64,000 bases of DNA from Amphiscolops sp. MND2022 (taxonomy: Eukaryota), in contig OZ076409.1 in NCBI GenBank assembly GCA_964187785.1, forward strand, positions 72,852,001 through 72,916,000, in the 5' to 3' direction. Below, in pieces: positions 26,501-39,984 of this stretch; the first letter of the stretch is position 1, and every line of letters begins with the position of its first letter. Both the position numbers and the translations under genes were made by a program. The notes beneath the pieces are model-generated. The model was given only the letters and a program-made list of their open reading frames with translations, was not told where the DNA came from and did not search any database.

Positions 26501-29500
26501 CTGTTGAATTACCGTGGCGTAGTAGAGCAACGCCATTTATTGTCCTTGGACCCATTTTGAAAATTTTCGTTACCGTCTTATTCGTCCGATATCACGAAAC
26601 AGTTGAGTACATTCCATCTCTCCCTTAGGGGGGAGATGGGAATGTACTCGCCAAAGACCTGATACAATGGCCCATTTTGGTTTTTATTTGACCTTTTCAC
26701 GACACTGCACACGGATAGCTGTGTTTGGTAAAGTTTTCCTTTGCACCATGTCTCCAGAAGCTAAACCACTTCTTTAGCTTACTACTTCCACTCAAACATC
26801 ACTAACGTCAACGCCACATACTCGCATCAACGCCCACCGTCCGTGGGCATGCCGAGGCATGCCCTTCGACGACGTATGCCAAATAGCGCCACCTGGCGCC
26901 CCCAATTTCCGCTAGGTGCCGGGATTTCTATTCGATAAAGTAAGTTGCGCGGTTGGGTAGGGCCCCGTGAGCGCGCCCGTGTCTGTGTTTTTTGAACCTG
27001 AATTTGCGGGTGCCAAAATAGACGATCTCCTAAACTATCCATACGATTTGGCTCAAATTTGGCATACGGGTTCCTGAGACAGATATAAGAACTAATTCCC
27101 ACTGGCGTTTTGCCCGGAAAATTTTTTTTGTTGCGCAAACTTGAAATTTTTGACAAAAAAATGCGATTTTTTTTGAAAAATTTTTTTTGAGAGGCCATAT
27201 CTTTTTTCAGGGTGCCCGGAGCGGGACGCGTTAAACTGATTATAAACTCTACGGTTCACGGGCTGTACGGGGAACTTATTTTTGTTGGAATCCGACTTGT
27301 AGATTTTGAGATATATTATCAAATTTGGGTGTTTTTTTTCCAATTTTTCGAAAAACTTGGTTTATCTCTGCCGTTTTTTGCCCAGATTTTTTTCTAGACC
27401 CTCTCCTAAAGGCCTCCCCTGGCCGGATTACGTCCCAGCAAAACCATTTGGCCCTAAATACGAAGTTTCAGCGTTCTAGCATTCTCGGGCGAAAAGTTGT
27501 GGGACTTAGAATTTTTTTTTAAAAACGCAAAATGTGTAAAGTCAACTTCAGGCCTCCCAAAGTCAAGGAACTTCCACACAACTAGGATTGCAAGTGGATG
27601 CATGTGGAAAGTGCTTGAATAGACGAGGAAAATGAGCTATTATAAAACTCTGTAGCTTAACCTGACGTTGACTTATGACAATTTTAGTGTGAGCTTGCTA
27701 TGTGAGAAAAAATTTCAAAAATTGAAAATCGAAGCTAAGTCTCATCCAAAACTCATCGGAATACGTTCAATCCATTCCAAAGCGGTTTACTTCCAGCTAT
27801 AGACTGCAGCAACACTATTCAAGACCATTGTACCCCTTTATATTAGTTTTGACATTGTATTATTCATCCGAGAGCACAAACCAGTTGAGTACATTCCATC
27901 TCCCTTTCGGGGGAGATGAGAATGTACTCGCTAAAGAACAGGTACTACAGCCAATTTTTGTATTTATGCGAAGCCATTCTATGCTATTGCACATAACAAC
28001 TATGCTATTGACTTAATTTTGCCTACACTTTGCTATGACATATGCTAAACGTTTGGTCCTTACAACAACATACACATGACTAACGTCAACACCACATACT
28101 GTTACCAACGCCCACCGTCCGTGGGCATGCCGAGGCATGCCCTTCGACGACGTATGCCAAATACCTTCCAGCGACGCTCGCGCTGCCCGGCTAGGTGCCG
28201 GGATTACTATTCGATAAGGAATTTTGCGCGGTTGGGTAGGGCCCCGTGAGCGCGCCAGGGGATAGTGTTAGAACAACAAGGATTTGGGCATCAGTTGGGA
28301 GCGATTTTCTAAACTATCCGTACGATTTTGCTGAAATTTGGCACGAAGCTTCCTTGGAACATTCTAAGAACAAATCCCTACTGGCGTTTTGCTGGGAAAA
28401 ATCAAAAAGTTGGTCAAAAATGCGATTTTCCGACAAAATTTTGGGGTAAAATTTTTTTGAAACGTTATATCTCGCCACAGGGTCACGCTAGCGCCTCGCA
28501 ACCTATGATCGTGTTTTGTTGGGCGTTGTCTGTAGAACACGTATGCCAAATTTGGTGGCGATCGGACTTAAACTCAGGGAGATATAGCGATTTTTTAGGT
28601 GCATTTTTTGACATTTTTTGCATTTGCCGATTTATCTTTGCCGTTTTTGCTCAAATTTTTTTTGAGACACTCTCCTAAAGACCTCCCCTGGCCGGTTTAC
28701 CTCCCAGACAAACCATTTGGCCCTAAATACGAAGTTTCAGCGTTCTAGCATTCCCGGGCAAAAAGTTGTGGGACTTAGAATAGTTTTTATGGTAACGCAA
28801 AATGTGTAAAGTCAACTTCAGGCCTCCCAAAGTCAAAGAACTTCCACACAACTAGGATTGCAAGTGAGTGCATGTGGAAAGTACTCGGATAGACGAGAAA
28901 AATGAGCTATAGAACGACTCTGTAGCTTAACCTGACGTTGACTTATGACAATTTTTGATTTTGAGCTTGCTATTTGGTGTAAAAATTCAAATGATGAAAA
29001 TCGAAGCTAAGTCTCATCCAAAACTCATCGGAATACGTTCAATGCATCCCAAAGCGGATTAATTCGAGATGTTTAGTGCAGCAACACCATTCAAGACCAT
29101 TTGACCCATTTTTATAAGTTTTGACAACGTATTATTCATACGAGAGCACGAAACAGTTGAGTACATTCCATCTCCCTTTCGGGGGAGATGAGAATGTACT
29201 CGCTAAAGTCCAGGTACTACAGCCCATATTTGCTTTTATGCGACGCTCTTATGCTAGTGCGCATACTTTTTAATCGTTTAACTGAATTTTCTTCTGTCTG
29301 CACTTTGACTTTGACTTGACATATAGTGAACGTTTTGTCTTACAACTTACAAATGAGTAACGTCAACGCCCCATCCTTGCATCAACGCCCACCGTCCGTG
29401 GGCATGCCGAGGCATGCCCTTCGACGACGTATGCCAAGATATATCCCAAGCGCGGTAGCAGCTAGGTGCCGGTGTTTTTCACGACAGAGAAAGTTGCGCG

Positions 29501-30726
29501 CTTTGGGTAGGGTCCCGGCGCGCTTCAGGGGCTCATTTTTACAACCTGATAGGACACATGCTGAAATGACCGATCTCCTAAACTACCCTACCAATTTTGC
29601 TGAAATTTGGCACGAAGCTTCCTTGGAACATTCTAAGAACAAAACCCTACTGGCGTTTTGCTGGGAAAAATCAAAAAGTTGGTCAAAAATGCGATTTTCC
29701 GACAAAATTTTGGGGTAAAATTTTTTTGAAACGTTATATCTCGCCACAGGGTCACGCTAGCGCCTCGCAACCTATGATCGTGTTTTGTTGGGCGTTGTCT
29801 GTAGAACACGTATGCCAAATTTGATGGCGATCGGACTTAAACTCAGGGAGATATGGCGATTTTTTAGGTGCTTTTTTTGACATTTTTTGCATTTGCCGAT
29901 TTATCTCTGCCATTTTTGCCCAGATTTTTTTTGAGACACTCTCCTAAAGACCTCCCCTGGCCGGTTTAACTCCCAGAAAAACCATTTGGCCCTAAATACG
30001 AAGTTTCAGCGTTCTAGCATTCCCGGGCAAAAAGTTGTGGGACTTAGAAAAAATTTTTGGAAACGCAAAATGTGTAAAGTCAACTTCAGGCCTCCCAAAG
30101 TCAAGGAACTTCCACACAACTAGGATTGCAAGTGGATGCATGTGGAAAGTACTGGGATAGACGAGAAAAATGAGCTATAGAACGACTCTGTAGCTTAACT
30201 TGACGTTGACTTTTGATGTTTTGAATGTGTGCTTGCTAAGGGGTCCGAAACTGAAAATTTTTAAAGAAAATTAATATCGTCAAAAATTCATCGGAATGCC
30301 TGCAATATACAGTAGAGCGTGTTCAATTGTAGCTGACTAATGCATCAACGCCGTTCAAGGTCTTTTAACTCAGTTTCAAATTTTTTTACACTGTATTATC
30401 CATCCGAGAGCACAAAACAGTTGAGTACATTCCATCTCCCCTCCGTGGGAGATGAGAATGTACTCGCTAAAGTCCAGGTGCTACAGCCAATATTTGTTTT
30501 TTTTGCGGAGCTATTTATGCTAGTGCGCACACGTATTAACCTTTTACCTGATTTTACTTTTGTCAGTACTTTTACTTTGACTTGACATATACTGAACATT
30601 ATGTCCTTCTATCATACACATGACTAACGTCAACGCCCCATCCTTGCTTCAACGCCCACCGTCCGTGGGCATGCCGAGGCATGCCCTTCGACGACGTATG
30701 CCAAAGATATTCCCGAGCGCGTTAGC

Positions 30727-32147
30727 CTAGGTGGTCGGGTATTTTTTTTTACTCGTATATGACGTTTGCGAGGCTTTGGGGAGGGCCCCGTGCCGAGCCT
30801 GTACCGAAATTGGCCACATGTAGAAATCTGGCACTAAAATGCGAGATCTCAAAAAGTAGCCGTTAAAAATGTCTGAAAATTTGCATGTGGCTCTGAATCA
30901 ATGAGTAATGAAAAAGTGTAGAAGTGACCACCTCTGAAAAAAATTGTCCTTGTTGCACTTTTTGCGCAATTTTTGTCGCATTGTTGCGTTTTTTATGTCA
31001 TTTTCGACTTTGGAGGCAAAAAACTCATAGATGCTTTGTTCCTAGCGTACCAAGTGTGGAGCACGAAAAGTTGCAGCATCTTCAATTACGTATGCTGAGA
31101 AAATTTGGTTGCCCTATGGTTACCCCCCACAGAGATAGAAGGGTGCTTCCGGTTACTTTTGACCCGCTAAGTTTGGGAAACTGCTAATTTTCGTAAAGAA
31201 GCCGTAGATTTAGCGTGTCCACCCCCTGCTGAAGTATTGTTAGTCATTTTAAGATAGATCCGATGACATGCGTTCAGTTCACCCCCATCACCCCCTGGAC
31301 CGGAAATGCACTTATTTGTGTACTTTCAGACCGGAAGTCTCCATTTTCACCGGTATTAGGTCCTTGTATGAGCAACTAGCAGGACATCAAAGTTAAAGTA
31401 CAAACTGGGGTTAACTTAGTGACCACGTGCTGTCCAGTCATGGGTTCCGCTATTACCGGAAATGGGTTCAAAACCCCCCTTTTGGTCTGTTTTTCATCAA
31501 TTTGACTAGTGTTTGGTCCACATTCAAGTCGCGCAAGGCAGTTGCAACAGTTTGAGCTCAAACTGCATGTTAACTGCGTAGATGTAACTGACAATGTCAG
31601 ATACCGGAAGTAACCCTCTGTGACCGGAAGTTGTCATTTTTGAGCGGAAGTGGTCCAAAAAGTAGAGTAAATGCAGTTTTTCACTGCTTTTTAAGGCAAA
31701 GTTATTACTTTTTTCTATTAAAGTTATTACCTTTTTCTATCTTATTGTTTTTTTCTACTCACAAAACTTACATTGTAGCTTGTTTGGCTAAAGTTCTGGA
31801 AAATGATTACCTTTATCACCCCAGATAGCCTTCCAAGTTGACCTTGGGTCAATCTTGAAGGCTATCTGTTCTGAAAACGAAAAATAGTGGAAATTGGGTT
31901 TCTCGTTTCTCGTTGTTTATTTTTCCATAAAGTTAATTTGTTAAATAAGGCTTTTGTTCAATTGAGTGATCTGAAATTTGTCCAGAGGTGTCACACAGAC
32001 GAATACCATTTCAAGTTGAAGTAAACATTTGATGGTAATATTAGACAACATCACACACACTTACCAACGCCCACCGTCCGTGGGCATGCCGAGGCATGCC
32101 CTTCGACGACGTATGCCAAATAGCGCCACAGGGCGCCCCTACATTCT
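30727..32147 (+). mobile_element. Class-B cassette (1421 bp)
   Basis: Bounded by CTAGGTG at 30727 and 32148; body rich in ACCGGAA(G/A)T; GATAGCC hairpin at 31824-31866; clearly homologous to 55756-57145. Confidence 0.6.
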
Positions 32148-33446
32148 CTAGGTGGCCACGACCATGGTTTCTTGCGTATCTTGTCGAATCTTTTGTCGTT
32201 GCCGGCCGGGGAGGGACCCGTTTGCCGGCGTGTGTAGTGTGGGGCCCCCATACCCAAAAAGTGGTATTTTTTTCAGAGATCTCAAAATCGGCCCATCAGA
32301 ATTGCCTGAAATTTGGCATGAGGCTCCCAATTGGGGAAAAAATAAGAAGTGTAGGAGGCGACTTGTTCGGGTAAATATTGTATGTTGACTTTTGGCCAAA
32401 ATAGTGTTCCCCCCCCAACATGGGCAAAATCACATGAGGTGTAAAAATATGATCACAACTTTTGAACCTTTGGATTTAGGGGTACGGTCGTGGACCACAT
32501 TAAGCAAGAGCTTTGGTGAGCGGGTAGGATAGATGGGTTTTGATCCCAGTACCTTCAACCACTTTTGAGAAATTAACGTTTCAAACAAACATCCGGGAGG
32601 TATATGTTGCCCCTGAAGGCAGTTTTTTCGCCATTTTCAATGTGAAGGAGTGGGTTTAGCGCAACGTGTGTGGGGTGCTTTTTTGTTGCCCGTGTGCGGA
32701 GCGTTGTATAGAGGTGCTGGTTGTTGAAATTGGAAAAGTTGGTAAAAAGTTATACCTATACCCCCCCTACTGTCTCTGCCATTCAATTTTTTTTTCGACT
32801 TCAGGCCTCCCAAAGGTGAGAAACTTCCACACAACTAGTATTGCAAGTGAATGCATGTGGAAAGTACTCGGATAGACGAGAAAAATGAGCTATAGAACGA
32901 CTCTGTAGCTTAACTTGACGTTGACTTATGACATTTTGAGTGTGAGCTTGCTATGTGAGAAAAAAATTCAAAATTGAAAATCGACGCTAAGTCTCATCCA
33001 AAACTCATCGAAATACGTTCAATCCATCCCAAAGCGGATTAATTCCAGATATATAGTGCAGCAACACTATTCAAGACCATTTGACACAATTTTACTAGTT
33101 TTGACATTGTATTATTCATCCGAGAGCACAAAACAGTTGGGTACATTCCATCTCCCTTTCGGGGGAGATGAGAATGTACCCGCTAAATGACACGCACCAT
33201 GGCCTAATTTTTACCTTTATGCGACGTTTTCTAGGCTTTCGCGCAAGCCCACTAAAATTTAGACTGGTTTCCTTTTCTTTTACTCCAAAATTTTCCGTAC
33301 TAACCACCTTACACACCACCAGCTCAACGTAACATCTGTAACGTCAACGCCACACACTCTCACTAACGCCCACCGTCCGTGGGCATGCCGAGGCATGCCC
33401 TTCGACGACGTATGCCCGTTGTCACAACAGGGCGCCCCTACATTCT
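32148..33446 (+). mobile_element. Chimeric cassette (1299 bp): unique 5' half plus class-A 3' half
   Basis: Lacks the class-A central block; TGTGAAGGAGTGGG at 32641 is shared with class C; from about 32800 it matches class-A 3' modules, and its terminal region matches unit 1 (about 1031-1260). Confidence 0.6.
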
Positions 33447-34834
33447 CTAGGTGGTTGGGGCGGTCCCCAGAACGCACAAGGAGGCGCGGGGAGGGTCCTG
33501 CGCCGACGTAGAATAATTTCATATAATACTAGTATCCTACATGGGTGTTTTAGAGGCGATTTTGGAATCTAACCGTAGGATTTGGATAATTTTTTGCATG
33601 CGGCCATAACTCGAAATTCTAAGAACTTTTTCCTTCTGTCATTTTCCCCGCAAATTGTTTTTTGTTGACTTATGGCCGAAAAACCGGAAATAACGTCCTT
33701 TTTAGACGTTATATCCGAAGTGTCGTCATAACTTTTTTCCAGGGCATGCTAGCGTTCTCGTTCACTTTTACACTTAGTTGCAGCATCTCAAAATACAACT
33801 GGTGGAAATTTTTGGCTGCATTCGGATCACCCCCCACCGAGATAGAAGGGTTCCCCCCTCCAGTTTTACCCCCCAAATTTGCAAAATAGTCAATTTTGAG
33901 CATGAAGCCGAGGATTTAGCGTACCCGCACCCTCCTGATGTTTTGTTGTACGTATTGGGGTCAATCTGACGACATGTGTGGTTTTCACCCCCAACCCCCC
34001 CTTGGACCGGAAATGACACTTTTTTGTGTTTTTTGGCAGAATTTAGCCTTTTTCATTATTAGGCAGTCGTTTTAGGGACTCCTAGCAGGATATCGAAATT
34101 GAAATACAACCTGATCACAACCCAGTGACAACATGTTGGCCACTTGGAGGTATCATCATGACCGGAAGGGAGGTCAAACCCCCCTTTTTGTGACCGCTTT
34201 TTGACCTCGTGCACAAAACACCAACAACGTGAGGCCTAATGACGCATTCAAATCTGTACAAAGATACAACGTTAGACAACCGAAGTCCCGGAAGATCTTT
34301 AGCATATACCGGAAGTTACCCCCATGACCGGAAGTTACCCAATGTGACCGGAAATGGTCCAAAAATTAATGTAAAGTTGATTTTTTCACTATTTCAAGAC
34401 CACTTAATTGAAACTTTTCAATCTCAAAACTAGCGTACTGGCTTGTTTTGCTGAATTTATGGAAATTGATGAGCTCTATCGCCCCCGATAGCCTTCGAAG
34501 TTGACCTTGCGTCAACTTTGGAGGCTATCGATAAAGAAAAATGAACAACAAAGTACATTGTTGCTCTCGTTTTTTTCCCGTTGTTTTTCCTCAAACATTC
34601 TTGAGACATATACATGGCCGTTAGTTGAAATCAATATTTAGCCCATGTTATAGCTGGAGCAGCGAAGCGTTACACAGACTAGTGTGGTTTTGAAATCACA
34701 CTATTTAAATTAACAACTGACCGTCTTAGTCAACTCCACACATTCATACCAACGCCCACCGTCTGTGGGCATGCCGAGGCATGCCCTTCGACGACGTATG
34801 TCGAATCCATTCCAACGACACCCGCAGTCCTCAG
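33447..34834 (+). mobile_element. Divergent class-B cassette (1388 bp)
   Basis: CTAGGTG boundaries; patchy similarity to 30727-32147 (GTTGCAGCATCT, CCCCCAC.GAGATAGAAGGGT, GATTTAGCGT, CTAGCAGGA); GATAGCC hairpin at 34487-34529. Confidence 0.6.
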
Positions 34835-37800
34835 CTAGGTGGCCGGAAATTTTTTTTTCAGCAAAATCTTTGCCATTGGGGGAGGGGCCCCGGATGGCCA
34901 GTAGTACGGCATAGCTCCCTACAGAATCCAGGCGGAAAAAACGTGATTTCGGAAACTAGCCGTCAGAATTTGCTCAAAATTTGCATACGGCTTCCTATGA
35001 CAATCCTAAGAACTAATCCCTACTGGCATTTTGCCCAAAAAACGCAAAAAGTTGGTCAAAATCTTAGTTTTTTGGTCAAAAAATGGCGTTTTTTCGAAAA
35101 AAAATTTTTTCAGAGACAATTACTCGTAACTGGTTCACCCAGCGCAAAAACGCCTAGCTGATTTATTGTTGGGCACTTCATGAGGAGTGCGTATACAAAT
35201 TTTCGTCTAAATCGGATGAAAGTTGATTGAGAAATAACTGAAAATTTGAGGCATTTTTTTGGAAATTTTTGAAATCCCAGTCTATCTCTGCCGTTTTTTG
35301 CCCAGATTTTTTTCCAGACACTCTCCTAAAGACCTCCCCTGGCCGGTTTACCTCCCAGCAAAACCATTTGGCCCTAAATACGGAGTTTCAGCATTCCAGC
35401 AAACCCCGGGTAAAAGATAAATGACTTAGAATTTTTTCGAAAAATTTTCAAAAATTTTTTTTTTCAAATTCAGGCCTCCTAAAGTAAAGAAACTTCCACA
35501 CAACTAGGATTGCAAGTGATAGCATGTGGAAAGTGCTTGAATAGACGAGAAAAATGAGCTGTTATACGACTCTGTAGCTTAACCTGACGTTGACTTATGA
35601 TAATTTTAGTGTGAGCTTCGTTTGTGCTTAAAAAATTAAAAAAACCTAAAAGTCTTTTTAAGGTAATCAGGATACGTCCAATCAACCCCAGAGCTGTTAT
35701 ATTGCCGTTGTGTAGTAGAGCAACACCATTTAGAGTGTTTTGACCCATTTTGACAAGTTTTGATACAGTCTTGTTCATCCAATAGCTTAAAACAGTTGAG
35801 TACATTCCAACTCCCCCCTTGTGGGGGAGATGAGAATGTACTCGCTACAAGTCAGGTACTATAGCGCCCATTTTGTTTTATTCGACGCTAGTGATGCTAT
35901 TGCACACGAATACAATAGTTTTGTCAAATCATGTTTGACATGATGAATCTTACTTTACCTTTAATTTACGTTTACCTACTACTACAACATCGCATCCCTG
36001 ACGTCAACGCCACATACTCGCATCAACGCCCACCGTCCGTGGGCATGCCGAGGCATGCCCTTCGACGACGTATGCCAAATAGCGCCACAGGGCGCAAACT
36101 TGTCCGCTAGGTGGCCGTGTCTTTTCGACGTGCTTTTGCATTGAGGAGTGGGTAGGGCCCCGCGACGACCTAGAAGAATTGGATGCTCACCGAAACGTGC
36201 AGAATTCTACGAGATCTCATAGTTTGAGCCATACGATTTTTCTGAAATTTGGCATGTGGCCTGGAATTGGTGAGTAGGTAAAACGTGTAGGAGGTGATTT
36301 TTCCCAAATTCCACTGTGAGACGAGATATGGGCAAATAACGGTCCCAAAAATGGCAAAAATGCACATTTTTCAACTTTGTCAGCCCATATCTCGTTCCCA
36401 GGTGCCCGGAGCGGGACGCGTTAAGCTGATTTAAAACTCTAGGGTGTTGAGGCTGTACGGGGAAGTCAGGCCCGTTCCGATCGGACTTGTAGTCTTGGAG
36501 AAATAACGGTATTTTTGGGGAACCTTTTCTAACGGTCCAGCTTATCTTTGCCATTTTTTCGAAAATGTACTCGCCTAAAGGCCTCCCCCTGGCCGAATTT
36601 ACTCCCAGCAAAACCATTTGGCCCTAAATACGGAGTTTCAGCGTTCCAGCATTCCCGGGCGAAAAGTTGTGGGACTTGGAAAATTTTCAAAAATTTTCAA
36701 AAATTTTTTTTTCGTTTTTCGGGCCCCCAATGAAGGGGAAACGACCCCCCAACCAGTATTTTGAGTGAATTCATGTGGAAAGCCCTTGTTTTGACGAGAA
36801 AAGTACCGTTTAGAACATCTTTTTATCTTGACTCAACGTTGACTTATGACGTTTTGAATGTGATGTAAGGATGTAGGAGGCATGTGATAAGTTGATGTTT
36901 TGAGTCTTTATCTCATATGAAAGCGGTTGAGATGCAAGCTGTCCTGCTCAAAACGTCTTTCGTTGTAATTTTCCAGTGCACCAATACCCTTTGGTGTCAT
37001 ATAAACATACGTTTCGTTGATATATTAACAATTTTAATGTATTTATTCCAATTTTTATTATCTTTTAACTCAAAACAGTTGAGTACATTTCATCTCCCTT
37101 TCGGGGGAGATGAGAATGTACTCGCTAAAGACCTAGCGCCATGACCAAAAGTTTGAAACCCACGTTTTTTATCTTCTTACAGACTTGTTTTTGTATTTTT
37201 TCGGAATTTTTTAAAAATTAATATACTTGAAATACATTACTTGACTTTACTACTACAATCCACCTCCAACGTCAACGCCCCCTTGCTTGCATCAACGCCC
37301 ACCGTCCGTGGGCATGCCGAGGCATGCCCTTCGACGACGTATGCCAAATGCCCAGTGCCACGCAGTCATTATCGCTAGGTGCCGGGATTTCTATTCGATA
37401 AAGTATGTGGCGCGTGTGGGTAGGGTCCCTGGCGCGCTCTTGGGTATGGTGTTCACCAGCTAGGAAATAGGGGTCGATTTTTCGGGATCTCCTAAACTAG
37501 CCACACGATTTGGCTGAAATTTGGCACACGTACTCCCCTCGGCACGGTGAAGATGATTTCCTACTGACGTTTTTCCCGCAAAATTTTTTTTGTTGTCCAA
37601 AATAACGGTTTTTGGGGTAAAATTTTGAACTTTTTTTAAATTTCATCCTATATCTCGCCACGGGTTTACGCTAGCGCTTCAAAACCCTGCTAAAGAAAGC
37701 TTGCAAACTGTCTCAGGAATGCAGTGTGAAATTTTCAGCTCAATCGGACTTAAACTCAGGGAGATATAGCGTTTTTCCGGAGCGGGGGGGTTTCATTTTT

Positions 37801-39947
37801 CTAACGGTCCAGCTTATCTTTGCCATTTTTTCGAAAATGCACTCGCCTAAAGGCCTCCCCTGGCCGGTTTTATTCCCAGCAAAACCATTTGGCCCTAAAT
37901 ACGGAGTTTCAGCGTTCCAGCATTCCCGGGCGAAAAGTTGTGGGACTTAGAAAAGTTCAAAAATTTTCAAAAATTTTTTTTTCCGTTTTCCGCCCTCCCC
38001 CCCTAGGGGAAAAGACCCCCCAACCAGTAATTTGAGTGAATTCATGTGGAAAGGCCATGTTTAGAGGAGAAAAATGCCGTTTAGAACGTCTTTTTATCTT
38101 GGCTCAACGTTGACTTATGACGTTTTGAAGGTGATGTTTGGAGGTGTAAAGCACGTGAATAGTAAACGTTATGAGTATTTATCTGATCTGAAAGCCATTG
38201 AGATGAATATGGTTTGCTCAAAACGTAATTCATGGCAGTTTGGCAATCAATCAACACCCTTTGTTGTCGTTTGACATACTTTTTTGATGTTATAATAAAA
38301 AATTTTGTGTATTTATTCATTTTTTTCTCATCAAATAACTTGAAACAGTTGAGTACATTCCATCCCCCCTTCACGGGGGAGATGAGAATGTACTCGCAAA
38401 AAGCCCCAAACTACGGCCCTTACCTTCCTGAGCTACGCAGTATAAAGATTGCATATTGGTTCCGACATTTTCATAGAGTTATATCTTGGTAATCTGTCTG
38501 GGTATGCAGAAAAACCAGCACGTGCTTTTTTATAACAAGTTGCTTACAACGACAATTATTTTATATCAACGCCCCCATATTTATCAACGCCCCCCGTCCG
38601 TGGGCATGCCGAGGCATGCCCTTCGACGACGTATACCAAGATATGTTCGAGCGCGTTAGCCTAGGTGCCGGGATTTCTATTCGATAAAGTATGTGGCGCG
38701 TGTGGGTAGGGTCCCTGGCGCGCTCTTGGGTATGGTGTTCACCAGCTAGGAAATAGGGGTCGATTTTTCGGGATCTCCTAAACTAGCCACACGATTTGGC
38801 TGAAATTTGGCACACGTACCCCCCTCGGCACGGTGAAGATGATTTCCTACTGACGTTTTTCCCGCAAAATTTTTTTTGTTGTCCAAAATAACGGTTTTTG
38901 GGGTAAAATTTTGAATTTTTTTTAAATTTTATCTTATATCTCGCCACCGGTTTACGCTAGCGCTTCAAAACCCTGCTAAAGAAAGCTTGCAAACTGTCTC
39001 AGGAATGCGTTGTGAAATTTTCAGCTCAATCGGACTTAAACTCGGGGAGATATAGCGTTTTTCCGGAGCGGGGGGGTTTCATTTTTCTAACGGTCCAGCT
39101 TATCTTTGCCATTTTTTCGAAAATGCACTCGCCTAAAGGCCTCCCCTGGCCAGTTTTATTCCCAGCAAAACCATTTGGCCCTAAATACGGAGTTTCAGCG
39201 TTCCAGCATTCCCGGGCGAAAAGTTGTGGGACTTAGAAAAGTTCAAAAATTTTCAAAAAATTTTTTTTCCGTTTTCCGCCCTCCCCCCCTAGGGGAAAAG
39301 ACCCCCCAACCAGTAATTTGAGTGAATTCATGTGGAAAGGCCATGTTTAGAGGAGAAAAATGCCGTTTAGAACGTCTTTTTATCTTGGCTCAACGTTGAC
39401 TTATGACGTTTTGAAGGTGATGTTTGGAGGTGTAAAGCACGTGAATAGTAAACGTTATGAGTATTTATCTGATCTGAAAGCCATTGAGATGCAATATGAT
39501 TTGCTCAAAACGTAATTCATGGCAGTTTGGCAATCAATCAACACCCTTTGTTGTCGTTTGACATACTTTTTTGTTGTTATAATAAAAAATTTTTTGTATT
39601 TATTCATTTTTTTCTCATCAAATAACTTGAAACAGTTGAGTACATTCCATCCCCCCCTTCCGGGGGAGATGAGAATGTACTCGCAAAAAGCACCGAACTA
39701 CGGCCCTTACCTTCCCGAGCTACGCAGTATAAGGATTACATATTGGTTCCGACATTTTCATAGAGTTAAATCTTGGTAATCTGTCTGGATATGCAGAAAA
39801 ACCAGCACGTGCTTTTTTATACCAAGTTGCTTACAACGACAATTATTTTATATCAACGCCCCCATATTTATCAGCGCCCCCCGTCCGTGGGCATGCCGAG
39901 GCATGCCCTTCGACGACGTATACCAAGATATGTTCGAGCGCGTTAGC
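34835..39947 (+). mobile_element. Block of 4 class-A cassettes
   Basis: Junctions at 34835, 36107, 37375, 38661 and 39948; class-A central block and hairpin present in each. Confidence 0.6.
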
Positions 39948-39984
39948 CTAGGTGCGGGGGGGTAACCCCTACAAAGATATTGGA

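Larger units (their letters stand above)
10..30726 (+). mobile_element. Block of 24 class-A cassettes (1262-1310 bp); putative non-autonomous elements
   Basis: Each unit has the central block CATTTGGCCCTAAATACG(G/A)AGTTTCAGCGTT..GTTGTGG and the GAGTACATT...AATGTACTC hairpin. The repeat structure is seen directly; mobile-element status is inferred from defined termini, subterminal hairpins and shuffled order. Confidence 0.6.
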
